This document shows positions 8,137 to 17,837 of a DNA stretch of 49,865 nucleotides, one piece after another. This DNA is from Minisyncoccia bacterium (GTDB taxonomy: Bacteria; Patescibacteriota; Minisyncoccia; SW-4-49-11). The number at the start of each line of letters is the position of its first letter. The stretch's first letter is position 1. The stretch covers positions 1 to 49,865 of the forward strand of contig JBIKVS010000008.1 of assembly GCA_044356725.1 (NCBI GenBank), written 5' to 3'. The notes below the pieces were generated by a model, which was not told the DNA's origin, did not search any database, and saw nothing but the letters and a program-made list of their open reading frames with translations. A program made the translations under genes and the position numbers.

Positions 8137-8947
8137 ACAATCTCTACAAACTAAATCACCTACACCCGATTTAGATGCTACTTTGATTTTGGGATATGTT
8201 TTAGGGATGAGTAAAATAGATTTGATAATGCAGGAAAGTTATATTTTATCAGATTTTGAATTAGGGGCTATTAATGAATGTCTGAAGCTTAGATTAAATA
8301 AAACCCCAATGGCTTATATTCTAGGCTATAAAGAATTTTATGGACGAGAATTCATAGTAAACAAAAATGTATTAATCCCCCGCCCTGAAACTGAAGCCAT
8401 CATAGATATGACAAAGGATATTTTGAATAATAAATCCAAGTCAATTATCTGGGAAATCGGTACTGGAAGCGGCTGTATAGCAATCACTCTAAATTTAGAA
8501 TTACCCCAAGCTACAGTTGTTGCTAGTGATATTTCTAAAGAAGCCTTACAGATTGCAAAAAATAATGATATAATATTAACAGGTAAGCAAGATAATATTG
8601 TTTGGCTAATTGGAGATTTATTATCTCCTTTTTACAACCAAGATACAAAACCAGACCTAATAATTGCAAACCTACCTTATCTGAATCAAAATCAATACCA
8701 AGACGACTCTATTTTGTATGAACCCAATATAGCACTCTATTCACCCAATGATGGATTAGAACACTATATAAAGCTATTACAAGAAATTAAGAGTCGTTTT
8801 GTATTATGGCCCAACATAATACTAGAGATAAATCCCGAACAAGCAGAGGCATTAAAAGCTATTATAAAGTCTTTTGCTCCTAAGGCTATAATCAAGATTT
8901 ATCAAGACTTACAAGAACAAGACAGACATATTCTCATTGCACACTAA
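8105..8947 (+). CDS. prmC: Release factor glutamine methyltransferase
   Basis: VLIPRPETE, IGTGSGCIA and NLPY motifs; follows prfA. Confidence 0.95.
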   Translation: MNIKEINQQIKQSLQTKSPTPDLDATLILGYVLGMSKIDLIMQESYILSDFELGAINECLKLRLNKTPMAYILGYKEFYGREFIVNKNVLIPRPETEAIIDMTKDILNNKSKSIIWEIGTGSGCIAITLNLELPQATVVASDISKEALQIAKNNDIILTGKQDNIVWLIGDLLSPFYNQDTKPDLIIANLPYLNQNQYQDDSILYEPNIALYSPNDGLEHYIKLLQEIKSRFVLWPNIILEINPEQAEALKAIIKSFAPKAIIKIYQDLQEQDRHILIAH

Positions 8948-8978
8948 ATAATTAAGCTAAGAAAGGAGGTGAATAGAA

Positions 8979-9530
8979 GTGAGTGAAGAAAAGAAAATAA
9001 CAGAAGCACCGAACACCGAAGAAGAACAAGGATTTTGGACTAAAAATATTATTTCAATCATATTGATAGTATTTTTGATAGTCAGCGGAGTATATGCATT
9101 CAATAGAGATGCCGAAGATAAAACAGTAGAAGATAAGGTAGAAGAAATTAAGAAAGAAGAAGAGGAAGAAGGATCTGAGACAGAAGAGACTGAGACAAAA
9201 TCTGAAGAAGTAGCAACAGAGAACACTGATATTCAAAAATCTGAAACCCAAATTACTATCAAAGCTAATGCAGGAGATGGAGTAACTCATCTAGCTCGTA
9301 GAGCAGTGGCAGAATACTCTAAAGATAAAGAAATAACTTTATCAAAAGAGCAAAAGATATATGCTGAGACAATATTAAAGAATAAATATTATCAGAAGTA
9401 TCTAAATCTATCTCAAGAAGTACAATTTGAACTTAGTGACTTAGAAGACACAATACAAAAGGCTCAAAACTTATCTGAAGAAGAAATCAAAGCTTGGAGT
9501 AAGTATAGTCATTTAGTACCGTCACTATAA
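8979..9530 (+). CDS. Single-pass membrane protein with acidic linker
   Basis: GTG start after a strong AAGGAGGTGA SD; one TM helix; GDGVTHLARRA motif. Confidence 0.8.
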   Translation: MSEEKKITEAPNTEEEQGFWTKNIISIILIVFLIVSGVYAFNRDAEDKTVEDKVEEIKKEEEEEGSETEETETKSEEVATENTDIQKSETQITIKANAGDGVTHLARRAVAEYSKDKEITLSKEQKIYAETILKNKYYQKYLNLSQEVQFELSDLEDTIQKAQNLSEEEIKAWSKYSHLVPSL

Positions 9531-9559
9531 TATAAAATATAATAAAAAATATTAATCAT

Positions 9560-9596
9560 TTCCCTTAATTCTGTTTAGAATAAGGGAAGTTTTTTT
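9560..9596. terminator. Terminator between convergent genes
   Basis: TTCCCTTA...TAAGGGAA stem followed by a T-run. Confidence 0.65.
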
Positions 9597-9597
9597 A

Positions 9598-10962
9598 TTA
9601 TCTACCTAATAATTCTTTAGTTCGAGCTGCTTCATTTAAGACTTTATCAGCATACCACATATTTTTTACATTACATCCACCAAGATAACATAAGGCTGCT
9701 CTTCTCTCTAATTCTTCATTACCAGCAATGGATTGGTTTCCAACTTTACCTAATAAAACCATACCCATAGCTAACATAGCATCCTCCATATTCCAAGGAT
9801 TTACAGATGCACCTCCCTTTAACTCTCTCAATTTAGATTCATATCCAAGCCAAGTGGCTGGCATAATTTGAGCGGGGCCCATAGCACCTCCAGTTCCAAT
9901 ATATTTTGGATAAGGACATCCAGATACGGGTTGAGTCAACGGAATACCTAAAGCAGAAGTTATTTTTTCAAAAGCTTGCTCTTCTTTGGTAAAGTTTAAT
10001 TTCGTAGTATTACCTTCACGAGCGGCACAACCACTCAAAGAGTCTTTATAAAAAGATCTACCTACATTTCCACCAAGACCAGATTCAATTTTCATAACTC
10101 CTACTAAATATTCCGGTCTAATTTTATTGCCAAGTCTAGCTGCATTAGCAGCTGCCAAAGCATAAGCTTCTTCTAGAGAAATGGCACCTGGTCTACCATC
10201 TGTTCCCCCACCCAATACTATAATACTATTCAAGAGATTCTGTTTAGTAGCAAAAGATTCTTTTAATAAAACCTCATATTCAGATTGTTCCCCTTTGGTT
10301 TGTGTAAGTAAAGTCTCTTTATCTTCCTGAGTCTGTTGTAAGAGACTTTTTTGTCTTTCTTGGGATTGCTTTAGAGCCATCAGCTCTTCCTCTTTATCAA
10401 ACAAATGTTTTTTCTCAGCTACAATTTCTTTCTCTTTAGCAGAAATTAAAGTAATAGATTCTGTAATTGAATCTTGCATCACACCAGTTTTTTGTACAGA
10501 ACCTAATAAATCAGAAAGCTGGTCTTGAGATAAAATTACTTCAAATAAAGATACATCTTTCTGTACATAAAGACTACTAACATATTCTCTGATTAAAGCC
10601 TTTTGAGCTCTAATTGTTTGTTCTAAAGTTGTTATATATTGCCTAGTCTCACTTAATTCAGCTTGTATTGAACTGATATCTTGATTGGTAATGTCTAAAC
10701 TTTTTTGGGCTGAATTAATTTCACTATCCAAAGAATCAATTTCTTTGGATAAAGTTCTAACTTGCATATCAGTTTCTTGTTTCGACTTACTTAAATCATC
10801 AATTTTAGTCAGTTCCTGATTTAGATTTTTTCTAGTTTCTTCTAATTTAGAATTAGCCAGTAAATTAGATACTGGATAGAATACTAATGATAAAGTTAAA
10901 GCGTAAACAGCAACTGAAACCTGTATCTTTTGAATTCGTTTTTTTTGATTTTTTTTATTCAT
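9598..10962 (-). CDS. Coiled-coil protein with C-terminal lytic transglycosylase (SLT-like) domain
   Basis: Signal/TM segment, long coiled coil, catalytic IESGLG and GAMGPAQIMPATW. Confidence 0.85.
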   Translation of the reverse strand: MNKKNQKKRIQKIQVSVAVYALTLSLVFYPVSNLLANSKLEETRKNLNQELTKIDDLSKSKQETDMQVRTLSKEIDSLDSEINSAQKSLDITNQDISSIQAELSETRQYITTLEQTIRAQKALIREYVSSLYVQKDVSLFEVILSQDQLSDLLGSVQKTGVMQDSITESITLISAKEKEIVAEKKHLFDKEEELMALKQSQERQKSLLQQTQEDKETLLTQTKGEQSEYEVLLKESFATKQNLLNSIIVLGGGTDGRPGAISLEEAYALAAANAARLGNKIRPEYLVGVMKIESGLGGNVGRSFYKDSLSGCAAREGNTTKLNFTKEEQAFEKITSALGIPLTQPVSGCPYPKYIGTGGAMGPAQIMPATWLGYESKLRELKGGASVNPWNMEDAMLAMGMVLLGKVGNQSIAGNEELERRAALCYLGGCNVKNMWYADKVLNEAARTKELLGR

Positions 10963-10979
10963 ATTGTTATATTAAAAGT

Positions 10980-11639
10980 TTATTCTTCTTTAGTGTCTTT
11001 AGAGTTTTTATCAGCTTGAGCTTTTTCAAGAGCATCTAATTCTTCTTTAGTCATATCTGGTTCTTCTTCTGCTTGAGGAGATTCAGTCATTGCAATCATC
11101 TCATCTCCATCTAACAAGGCCTCTACCCCTTTTGGTAAATCTAAATCACTTACTCTAATCACATCATCTAATGTAACTAATTTTGACAAATCAACTACAA
11201 TATGCTCTGGTAAATCTTGAGGTAATGCCTTCACTTCAATTTCTTGATGAATTCTAACTAAGGTATTACCTGCTTTTTCAGACTGAGAAACACCTTCAAA
11301 TTCAAGAGCAACAGGGGTTTCAACTTCTTCATTCAAATCAGGAGCAAAAAAGTCAACTGATAAAATCTCAGCCTTTAGAGGATTTTTTTGAATATCCTTA
11401 ACCAAAGTAGGATAAGTTTTATCTCCTAAAATAACATTAACTAAACTGGACTCTTCTATTGAGGATAAAAGTTTATTAAGCTCTAAAGCATTGACTTGGA
11501 TTAATTCTGGTTTAGATTGACCCAAACCACTACCATATAGAACACCAGGGACTATACCTTTAGATCTTAGAACAGATGTTTTTTTGCTACCAACTTGCTC
11601 TCTTTTTGCTACAATAATTGAAAATACTTCTTTTTCCAT
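10980..11639 (-). CDS. rplY: 50S ribosomal protein L25/Ctc
   Basis: GIVPGVLYG, VDF and LPEHIVVDLSKL. Confidence 0.95.
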   Translation of the reverse strand: MEKEVFSIIVAKREQVGSKKTSVLRSKGIVPGVLYGSGLGQSKPELIQVNALELNKLLSSIEESSLVNVILGDKTYPTLVKDIQKNPLKAEILSVDFFAPDLNEEVETPVALEFEGVSQSEKAGNTLVRIHQEIEVKALPQDLPEHIVVDLSKLVTLDDVIRVSDLDLPKGVEALLDGDEMIAMTESPQAEEEPDMTKEELDALEKAQADKNSKDTKEE

Positions 11640-11704
11640 AAAAATCTAACTTGACATAATTATACTTATGAATATATTATATAATATATTTAGAAAAATT
11701 TCAA

Positions 11705-11836
11705 ATGAATTATATGAATAATGTCAAGAAAAAGTTTAAACTGAGGAAAATAATAAAAAAGATTGGTTTCTTTATTGGGTTTACAATTATATTATTAGGG
11801 TTATTGTCCTATCTAATAGCACCATTTTTTATATAG
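11705..11836 (+). CDS. Putative 43-aa membrane micro-protein or truncated gene remnant
   Basis: Hand translation MNYMNNVKKKFKLRKIIKKIGFFIGFTIILLGLLSYLIAPFFI; TTGACA at 11651 upstream. Confidence 0.45.
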   Translation: MNYMNNVKKKFKLRKIIKKIGFFIGFTIILLGLLSYLIAPFFI

Positions 11837-11898
11837 GTTTAATATTCAAACGCCCTACAATTTACCGACTGTAGGTGTAGAGTAGAATGAAATAACCT

Positions 11899-12074
11899 GT
11901 CCTCCTCCGGCACTTCGTGCCACCTCCCCCAAGGGAAGACAAAATGCAAATTGCAAAAATACTTCCACCCCGTCCAGCAAAGCTGTCCACCCCTCAAGAG
12001 GGGAATTAAAACAATATCCTCCCTCCCCCTACGGGTACTCCCTCCGACTACCTACGGCAGTTAAAAAGGGAGAC
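11899..12074 (+). repeat. Three related GC-rich palindromic elements (11899-11940, 11963-12006, 12017-12074)
   Basis: Shared layout: pyrimidine tract, small hairpin, pyrimidine tract, purine tract; homologs at 25804-26047. Confidence 0.7.
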
Positions 12075-12096
12075 TGTTTAACTGTTTATATATACA

Positions 12097-12119
12097 GGCG
12101 ACTGAAAGGTCGCCCCTAC
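12097..12119 (-). repeat. GTAG-type REP element
   Basis: Minus strand GTAGG-GGCGAC-CTTTCA-GTCGCC; a partial CGCCCTAC copy at about 11851. Confidence 0.65.
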
Positions 12120-12164
12120 AAAAAATATTAATTTTTTTACACTGGACTCATCTAGTACATACAT

Positions 12165-12193
12165 TTGATTTATTTTTAATCTTTTGTTATAAT
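12165..12193 (+). promoter_or_regulatory. Promoter of tRNA-Gln
   Basis: TTGATT-17 nt-TATAAT, 10 nt before the tRNA. Confidence 0.65.
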
Positions 12194-12203
12194 AAATTTT
12201 AGA

Positions 12204-12275
12204 TGTCCGATCGTCTAATTGGTAGGACGACAGGTTTTGGTCCTGTTAATCTAGGTTCGAGTCCTGGTCGGACAA
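12204..12275 (+). tRNA. tRNA-Gln (TTG), CCA not encoded
   Basis: Acceptor stem TGTCCGA/TCGGACA, anticodon arm ACAGG-TT-TTG-GT-CCTGT, T-loop GTTCGAG. Confidence 0.95.
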
Positions 12276-12313
12276 CATCTTATTTACTATAATATATCTT
12301 TAACTCCTAAAAG

Positions 12314-12757
12314 CTAGAGCCTATCTTTGTCAAAGAAAAATGCCCACCATCGCTCTGGATTTGTTTGTGCTGGAATACGTTTTTCAGATTTTGGGTCTCT
12401 TAGTATCGATATTAACTCATCATTACTTAAATTAGCAGTGATTGAACCTGGAGTTATCATTACCACTTCTTCTCCTGGTTTCTTTAAGTCTAACTTTTGT
12501 TTTGCTTCTCTTTCCTGATAGGCTGAAGTGCTGATATATTCTTTGATTTTTTCAAGCGAGGCTGTATCTTGTTTAATTCTCTCTACTTGTTTTAAAAGTT
12601 CTTGTTTCTCTAACTCTCTTGTATATTTTATTTTATATATATCCAATATTTTGATGCCCAAGAATATAATTATAACTATTAAAGCTAAGGTTAATAGGCT
12701 TTTTTTTATATTGTTCTTTGGTTTAATTTTAGTTTGATTATATACTTTTATTCTCAT
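12314..12757 (-). CDS. Septum formation initiator (FtsB/DivIC-like)
   Basis: TM helix, coiled coil, EREAKQKLDLKKPGE, and NPERWWAFFF tail. Confidence 0.85.
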   Translation of the reverse strand: MRIKVYNQTKIKPKNNIKKSLLTLALIVIIIFLGIKILDIYKIKYTRELEKQELLKQVERIKQDTASLEKIKEYISTSAYQEREAKQKLDLKKPGEEVVMITPGSITANLSNDELISILRDPKSEKRIPAQTNPERWWAFFFDKDRL

Positions 12758-12766
12758 ATTATAAGG

Positions 12767-14014
12767 TTAATATCCACAGCTAGATGGATTTACTGGGGCA
12801 CCCTGTGGACTAGATCCAACTCTCAAAGAATTAGGCAAATAAATTGTAAAATGCAAATGTGGCCCTGTAGCAAATCCAGTAGCACCTATATCTCCTATAC
12901 GGTCTCCCCTATTAACTGTCTGGCCGTTAGATACTCTCTGTTGACTTAAGTGTCCATAAAGGGAGAAATACCCATCATTATGCCTTATAACTACCCATTT
13001 ACCATACGAATTATTATTGAAGCCTACACTGACCACAGTTCCTGAAGAGGTAGCATAAACTGGAGTACCTGTAGGAGCTCCAATGTCTATTCCATTATGC
13101 CCTGCTCCTCCATAAGCTCCACTACGAGCAAAAGAAGTCATTCCAAAACCTTGAGTTATTCTACCCCCTTGTACTGGCCAGGCATAGCCTCTAGCTGAAC
13201 AAACTGTTCCCCCTCCTCCAAATTGTCTTAATAAAGCAGCTTCTAAGTTTGATAATTCCACAGCAGTAGCCTTTCTTTGCTCTTCTAAAGACTTTTGTTG
13301 AGAATTTAGATTGTTAATACTAGCATTGAGTTGATTTACAGCTATTTCTGAGGCTTTAGTTTTATTTTGAATACTATTTTTGCTATTTTCAATAGATTCT
13401 TTTGTATTCTCTAAGGCTCCTTGGGTGGAGGCTAAAGTTGCCTTTTGATTAGCTAAATTTTGATTTGTAATATCTAGAGCAGTCTTTTTCTCTATTATTT
13501 CGTCGAGTAGAGTTTGTATTCTCATCTGTACTGTATTGGAGTATTCTATATCACTAAAGACTTCAGATAATTGATTTGCACTGACTACTGCTACGACTTC
13601 ATTTCTCACTAGAGAACTTTTGTATAAACTTTCCACTAAACTTTTAATCGTAGCTTTATTGGAAGTAATTTGAGCTTCTAATTCTTGTATGCTCTGGGTA
13701 GTTTGTTGAATATTATTATCTGTTTTATTAATCTTTTGTCCCACTTCTACTAGTTGCTCTTGTAGCTTTTTGATATCTGAATTTAGATTATTAATTTGTT
13801 GTTTTAGATTATAAACTTCGGCTTCTTTAGTTGATTTTTGTTGAGTAGTCTGATTTTTCCTATTTTGTATATCCTGAATTTGCCTTTCTAATTGTTTAAT
13901 TTGAGCATTTTTAGAATTGATTTCAGATTGACTTACTGCTAAGACAATACTATCCTTTTGTATAAATAGAAGGCTTAATATTATGGCAAAACTTAGTATA
14001 TATCTTAATTTCAT
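12767..14014 (-). CDS. Coiled-coil M23 family peptidoglycan endopeptidase
   Basis: Signal peptide, coiled coil, HNGID and HLHF zinc ligands. Confidence 0.92.
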   Translation of the reverse strand: MKLRYILSFAIILSLLFIQKDSIVLAVSQSEINSKNAQIKQLERQIQDIQNRKNQTTQQKSTKEAEVYNLKQQINNLNSDIKKLQEQLVEVGQKINKTDNNIQQTTQSIQELEAQITSNKATIKSLVESLYKSSLVRNEVVAVVSANQLSEVFSDIEYSNTVQMRIQTLLDEIIEKKTALDITNQNLANQKATLASTQGALENTKESIENSKNSIQNKTKASEIAVNQLNASINNLNSQQKSLEEQRKATAVELSNLEAALLRQFGGGGTVCSARGYAWPVQGGRITQGFGMTSFARSGAYGGAGHNGIDIGAPTGTPVYATSSGTVVSVGFNNNSYGKWVVIRHNDGYFSLYGHLSQQRVSNGQTVNRGDRIGDIGATGFATGPHLHFTIYLPNSLRVGSSPQGAPVNPSSCGY

Positions 14015-14062
14015 ATTGTATTATATTTGGTATAAAAATATTATTGCAATATTTTTATTTCT

Positions 14063-15493
14063 CTAGGATAGAAGGTTTATGGCATTTTGTAGGCGAAGAA
14101 TTGATTCATCTTTACCTAATATAGAGATAATTTCAAATGGGGAGGCTGACTTTTCTCTACCTGATAGAGAAACTCTTAGTGGCCATAGAATTTCACCCAT
14201 TTGCTTATTTTCAGCTTGAATAGCAGTTTTTATGAAACCTTCTATTTCTGAGACCTTCATATCTTTTATATTATACAACAATCTTTGACTCCACTCAAGA
14301 CTAGCTGTGATTTGGTTATTATTCATAGCTTTATAAGCCAATATATCGGGGCTATAACTTGGCTGTTGCCATAAGAAGTCAATTTCTTTTCCTATATCAG
14401 AAAACTTTTTAATCCTTTGAATTTCAATTTGTATGATTTGATTTAACTGTTTATCTGTCCATTTTGCTATATCAAAACCATTTTTAACTAGATATTGTCT
14501 AGACAATTCTAATTGTTTATCTTGGCTTAATTGCTTTATATAATGGGAGTTTATCGAGTCTAGTTTTTGAATATTGAATATAGCTCCACTTTTTTGAACT
14601 CTTTTCAAGCTAAACTTCTCGATGATTTCACCCAAAGTGTAGTACTCTCTATCATTTCCTTCATTCCAACCTAAAAGAGCTAGGAAATTTATCATAGCTT
14701 CTGGTAAATACCCTTGCTCTCGATACTCTCTAATTGAAGTTGCACCAAATCTTTTAGACATTTTTGATCTATCTGGAGCTAAAATTAGTGGCAAATGAGC
14801 AAATTGTTTGTTTTTAAATCCTAAGGCTTGATTAATTAAAATTTGCTTTGGTGTATTGGCTATATGGTCATCTCCTCTAATAATATGGGTAATTTGCATT
14901 AATTCATCATCGATTACCACTACAAAATTATATAGAGGATATTCTAAATTTTTAGCGATTATAAAGTCTCCAAGCAATGAAGTGTCAAGCTCTATTTTAC
15001 CTTTGATTTTATCTTCAAAAATGATTTTGGTATCTGGGACTTTGAATCTAATTACGGAATACTCAGTTGGTTCAATCTTTTGCTCTCTATATGGAGACCT
15101 TAATACAAATTGCTGTTGATGCTGCTCGGCTTGATTTTTCATTGCATCTAACTCCTGTTCTGTTAAATTACACCAATAAGCATCTCCACTGGCTAATAGT
15201 TGTTCTAGATATGGCTTATAAGTTTCAGCTCTCTGACTTTGTCTATATGGACCTAAATCTCCAAGCTCTCCTTGTGATGAGACTCCCTCATCAGGTATTA
15301 GTCCTAGCCATTCTAAACCCTCTATAATGTCTTGCTCTGACTCTTTAGTGGAACGGGCAATATCTGTATCCTCAATTCTAATTGCGAATTTACCTTGCTG
15401 ATTTTTAGCATATAAATAATTAAATAAAGCTGTTCTAGCTGTACCTATATGTAAATTTCCTGTAGGAGATGGTGCGATTCTGGTTTTTATCAT
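14063..15493 (-). CDS. gltX: Glutamate--tRNA ligase
   Basis: PSPTGNLHIG and KMSKR. Confidence 0.97.
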   Translation of the reverse strand: MIKTRIAPSPTGNLHIGTARTALFNYLYAKNQQGKFAIRIEDTDIARSTKESEQDIIEGLEWLGLIPDEGVSSQGELGDLGPYRQSQRAETYKPYLEQLLASGDAYWCNLTEQELDAMKNQAEQHQQQFVLRSPYREQKIEPTEYSVIRFKVPDTKIIFEDKIKGKIELDTSLLGDFIIAKNLEYPLYNFVVVIDDELMQITHIIRGDDHIANTPKQILINQALGFKNKQFAHLPLILAPDRSKMSKRFGATSIREYREQGYLPEAMINFLALLGWNEGNDREYYTLGEIIEKFSLKRVQKSGAIFNIQKLDSINSHYIKQLSQDKQLELSRQYLVKNGFDIAKWTDKQLNQIIQIEIQRIKKFSDIGKEIDFLWQQPSYSPDILAYKAMNNNQITASLEWSQRLLYNIKDMKVSEIEGFIKTAIQAENKQMGEILWPLRVSLSGREKSASPFEIISILGKDESILRLQNAINLLS

Positions 15494-15537
15494 AAATTCA
15501 ATTTTCTAGTCTTGTGATTGATTATATCATATTTTTA

Positions 15538-16404
15538 TTATTTTTTAAAAAAATTAATTGTATCTCTTGTTAGTAATAGTATAAAAAGTAAGCTTGAAAA
15601 AGAATATAATATTATTTTACCTCCCCAATTCTTATAATGCCACTTAGTAAAATATCTATTAAACCCCCGCTGCCAATACAATCTTTTCTTAATATTCCAT
15701 AGTTGTTTGGTACTAGCTCCGTGATTATGATACATTTTTGACTTTGCCAAATAATAGGTTTTATAATCTCTAGATTGTAGTTTTTTGGATAAATCTACAT
15801 CATTAAAAAACAACCAATAGTCAGGATGTGCATCAAATCCTTCTAGTTCTTGCATAATATTACTTCTAATCATAATAGCTGAGGCCATAGGTTGATCACA
15901 ATCTTGGCTTTGATTATAGTCAAATTTATCATCCCATTTCCATTTTATAATAGAGTTCAAAATATGCCCTAAAGTTGGTAATTTACGACAACTTTTTTGT
16001 ATACTACCATCTGGATATTGTAATTGTGGAGCTACCATTGCATAGTCTGGGTTTGTATTTAAATATTGGATTAACTTCTCTATACTATGTTTTTGTACTA
16101 CTATGTCCTGATTAAGCCAAAGAGTATATTTACCTTTTATATATGGCAAAGCTACATTATTACCAGCAGCATAACCTAAATTACTACTATTGGGAATAAT
16201 ATTGAGTTCTGATTTAGTAAAATCCCAATCTTGTTTTATCTGAGCTAGATATTCAGTTGTTTGATCAGTTGAGGCATTATCGACTATTATTAGCTGAAAA
16301 TACTCCTGATAAGTATTAAGGGTTGATTCTACACAATTTTGTAGGTCTTGCCTGTTATTCCAAGCCAAAATTACAATTGATAATGTAGGTTTTACTTCAC
16401 TCAT
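15538..16404 (-). CDS. Glycosyltransferase family 2 (rhamnosyltransferase-like)
   Basis: IIVDNASTD, NLGYAAGNN and LNQD. Confidence 0.9.
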   Translation of the reverse strand: MSEVKPTLSIVILAWNNRQDLQNCVESTLNTYQEYFQLIIVDNASTDQTTEYLAQIKQDWDFTKSELNIIPNSSNLGYAAGNNVALPYIKGKYTLWLNQDIVVQKHSIEKLIQYLNTNPDYAMVAPQLQYPDGSIQKSCRKLPTLGHILNSIIKWKWDDKFDYNQSQDCDQPMASAIMIRSNIMQELEGFDAHPDYWLFFNDVDLSKKLQSRDYKTYYLAKSKMYHNHGASTKQLWNIKKRLYWQRGFNRYFTKWHYKNWGGKIILYSFSSLLFILLLTRDTINFFKK

Positions 16405-17078
16405 ATTGTGGATTTTATATATTCACGCCAAATTTGGAATAGCTCGCCAGTAGCGATGACATCTCGCATACAATATTCAGCTATTTGCTGATATTCTCCT
16501 TTATTGAATAATTCTGGCACATCTAGTCCTGTGATACCTTCACTTTTAGGACTAATTATTCCAAATCTTTTACAGAAATAATCTAAATTGAATTTCTTAG
16601 TGGTATTATAAAAAGTTAATTGGTCAAAAAGATCTATATGTTCTTTATCTGAATAACGATAAGGGATTAAATTTTTGGTTGGTTTAATTTTATGTACTGC
16701 CGATCGCATCAAAATATAAGGGCAATCAAAACCTCTACCATTAAAAGTGACAAAGGTGCTATATTTACGAATAGTTATCCAAAATTTTTCTAGTATTTCA
16801 GCTTCTGTGCCTACTAAATAATGCACTCCTTCCTTTTCATATCTTTCCTCTAAGTTACCTTTTGGGGCTTGTAAATATACACTTTTTATATCTTTATCAG
16901 GGTCATAAAGACCAATAGCTACAATTTGACCCGTGAGTGGGTATAATCCTAAAGTGTTTTTGACTAATTCTTGCTGCTCTTCGGTCTCAGCATATTTTAA
17001 TAAATAAATCTGAGTTTCTGGATCTAGGGTATCCCAACTATCTCCAATGGTTTCGATATCAAAGACTAAATATGACAT
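16401..17078 (-). CDS. Stand-alone PolB-like 3'-5' exonuclease (DEDDy, RNase H-like fold)
   Basis: FDIET, TFNGRGFD and YCMRD. Confidence 0.85.
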   Translation of the reverse strand: MSYLVFDIETIGDSWDTLDPETQIYLLKYAETEEQQELVKNTLGLYPLTGQIVAIGLYDPDKDIKSVYLQAPKGNLEERYEKEGVHYLVGTEAEILEKFWITIRKYSTFVTFNGRGFDCPYILMRSAVHKIKPTKNLIPYRYSDKEHIDLFDQLTFYNTTKKFNLDYFCKRFGIISPKSEGITGLDVPELFNKGEYQQIAEYCMRDVIATGELFQIWREYIKSTI

Positions 17079-17087
17079 ATATGTATA

Positions 17088-17831
17088 TTATTTATATTCT
17101 TGTATTATACTGTATTTTTGGATAAATTCATATATTGCATTAAATACCTTGTGTTTATCTTTATCTAGATTAACTAAATGATATGCATCTTTCACCCACA
17201 TAATATGAATATTTTGGGATGGAGTTTTCAGCTTTTTTTGGAATATATCTAAATTATAATTAGGAACTACATGATCTGTTTTAGATTGAATTAAAAGTAT
17301 GGGAGAACTTATATACTGAATATATTTTCGCCTTGTCTTTCTAGTTAAAAAACATACTTGTGCTACAGAACTAATTGGAAAATTCCTATAAGCTCCTTTG
17401 CGAGAAAGATTTATTTTTTTTATTCTTTTGGATAGAAAAGTATTTCTCCTACTTATTCTATATGGTATATATTGTAATAAATGTGATAAGTACCTTATGA
17501 TAAATGGTATTTTAATTTTAAGTGGCGTTCCAATAGTAATCACCCCATCTACTTTATATTTAGAGGCTAAATACAAAGCTAATTGTCCTCCCATAGAAAG
17601 CCCCCCTACAAAAATATAGTCCCATTTTTGCGATACCTCTACATAAGCCTCTTCTGCTTGTTGAAGCCAATCTTGATATTTAACTCCATGCAAATCGGCA
17701 GGTTTTGTGTTATGCCCTTTTAGATTTATACTATGACATTCTATATGATATTGATTTAGATATGCCATCATTTCTTGCAAATCATCCTCTGTTGAAGCCC
17801 ATGCTGGGAACCATAATACTCCTATCTTCAT
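17088..17831 (-). CDS. Alpha/beta hydrolase (carboxylesterase/monoacylglycerol lipase-like)
   Basis: GLSMGG nucleophile elbow, DHVV acid, AYHL histidine. Confidence 0.85.
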   Translation of the reverse strand: MKIGVLWFPAWASTEDDLQEMMAYLNQYHIECHSINLKGHNTKPADLHGVKYQDWLQQAEEAYVEVSQKWDYIFVGGLSMGGQLALYLASKYKVDGVITIGTPLKIKIPFIIRYLSHLLQYIPYRISRRNTFLSKRIKKINLSRKGAYRNFPISSVAQVCFLTRKTRRKYIQYISSPILLIQSKTDHVVPNYNLDIFQKKLKTPSQNIHIMWVKDAYHLVNLDKDKHKVFNAIYEFIQKYSIIQEYK

Positions 17832-17837
17832 AAAAAT

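Noticed and set aside
11850-12119. CRISPR array
   Set aside because: Elements are divergent in sequence and irregularly spaced; no cas genes
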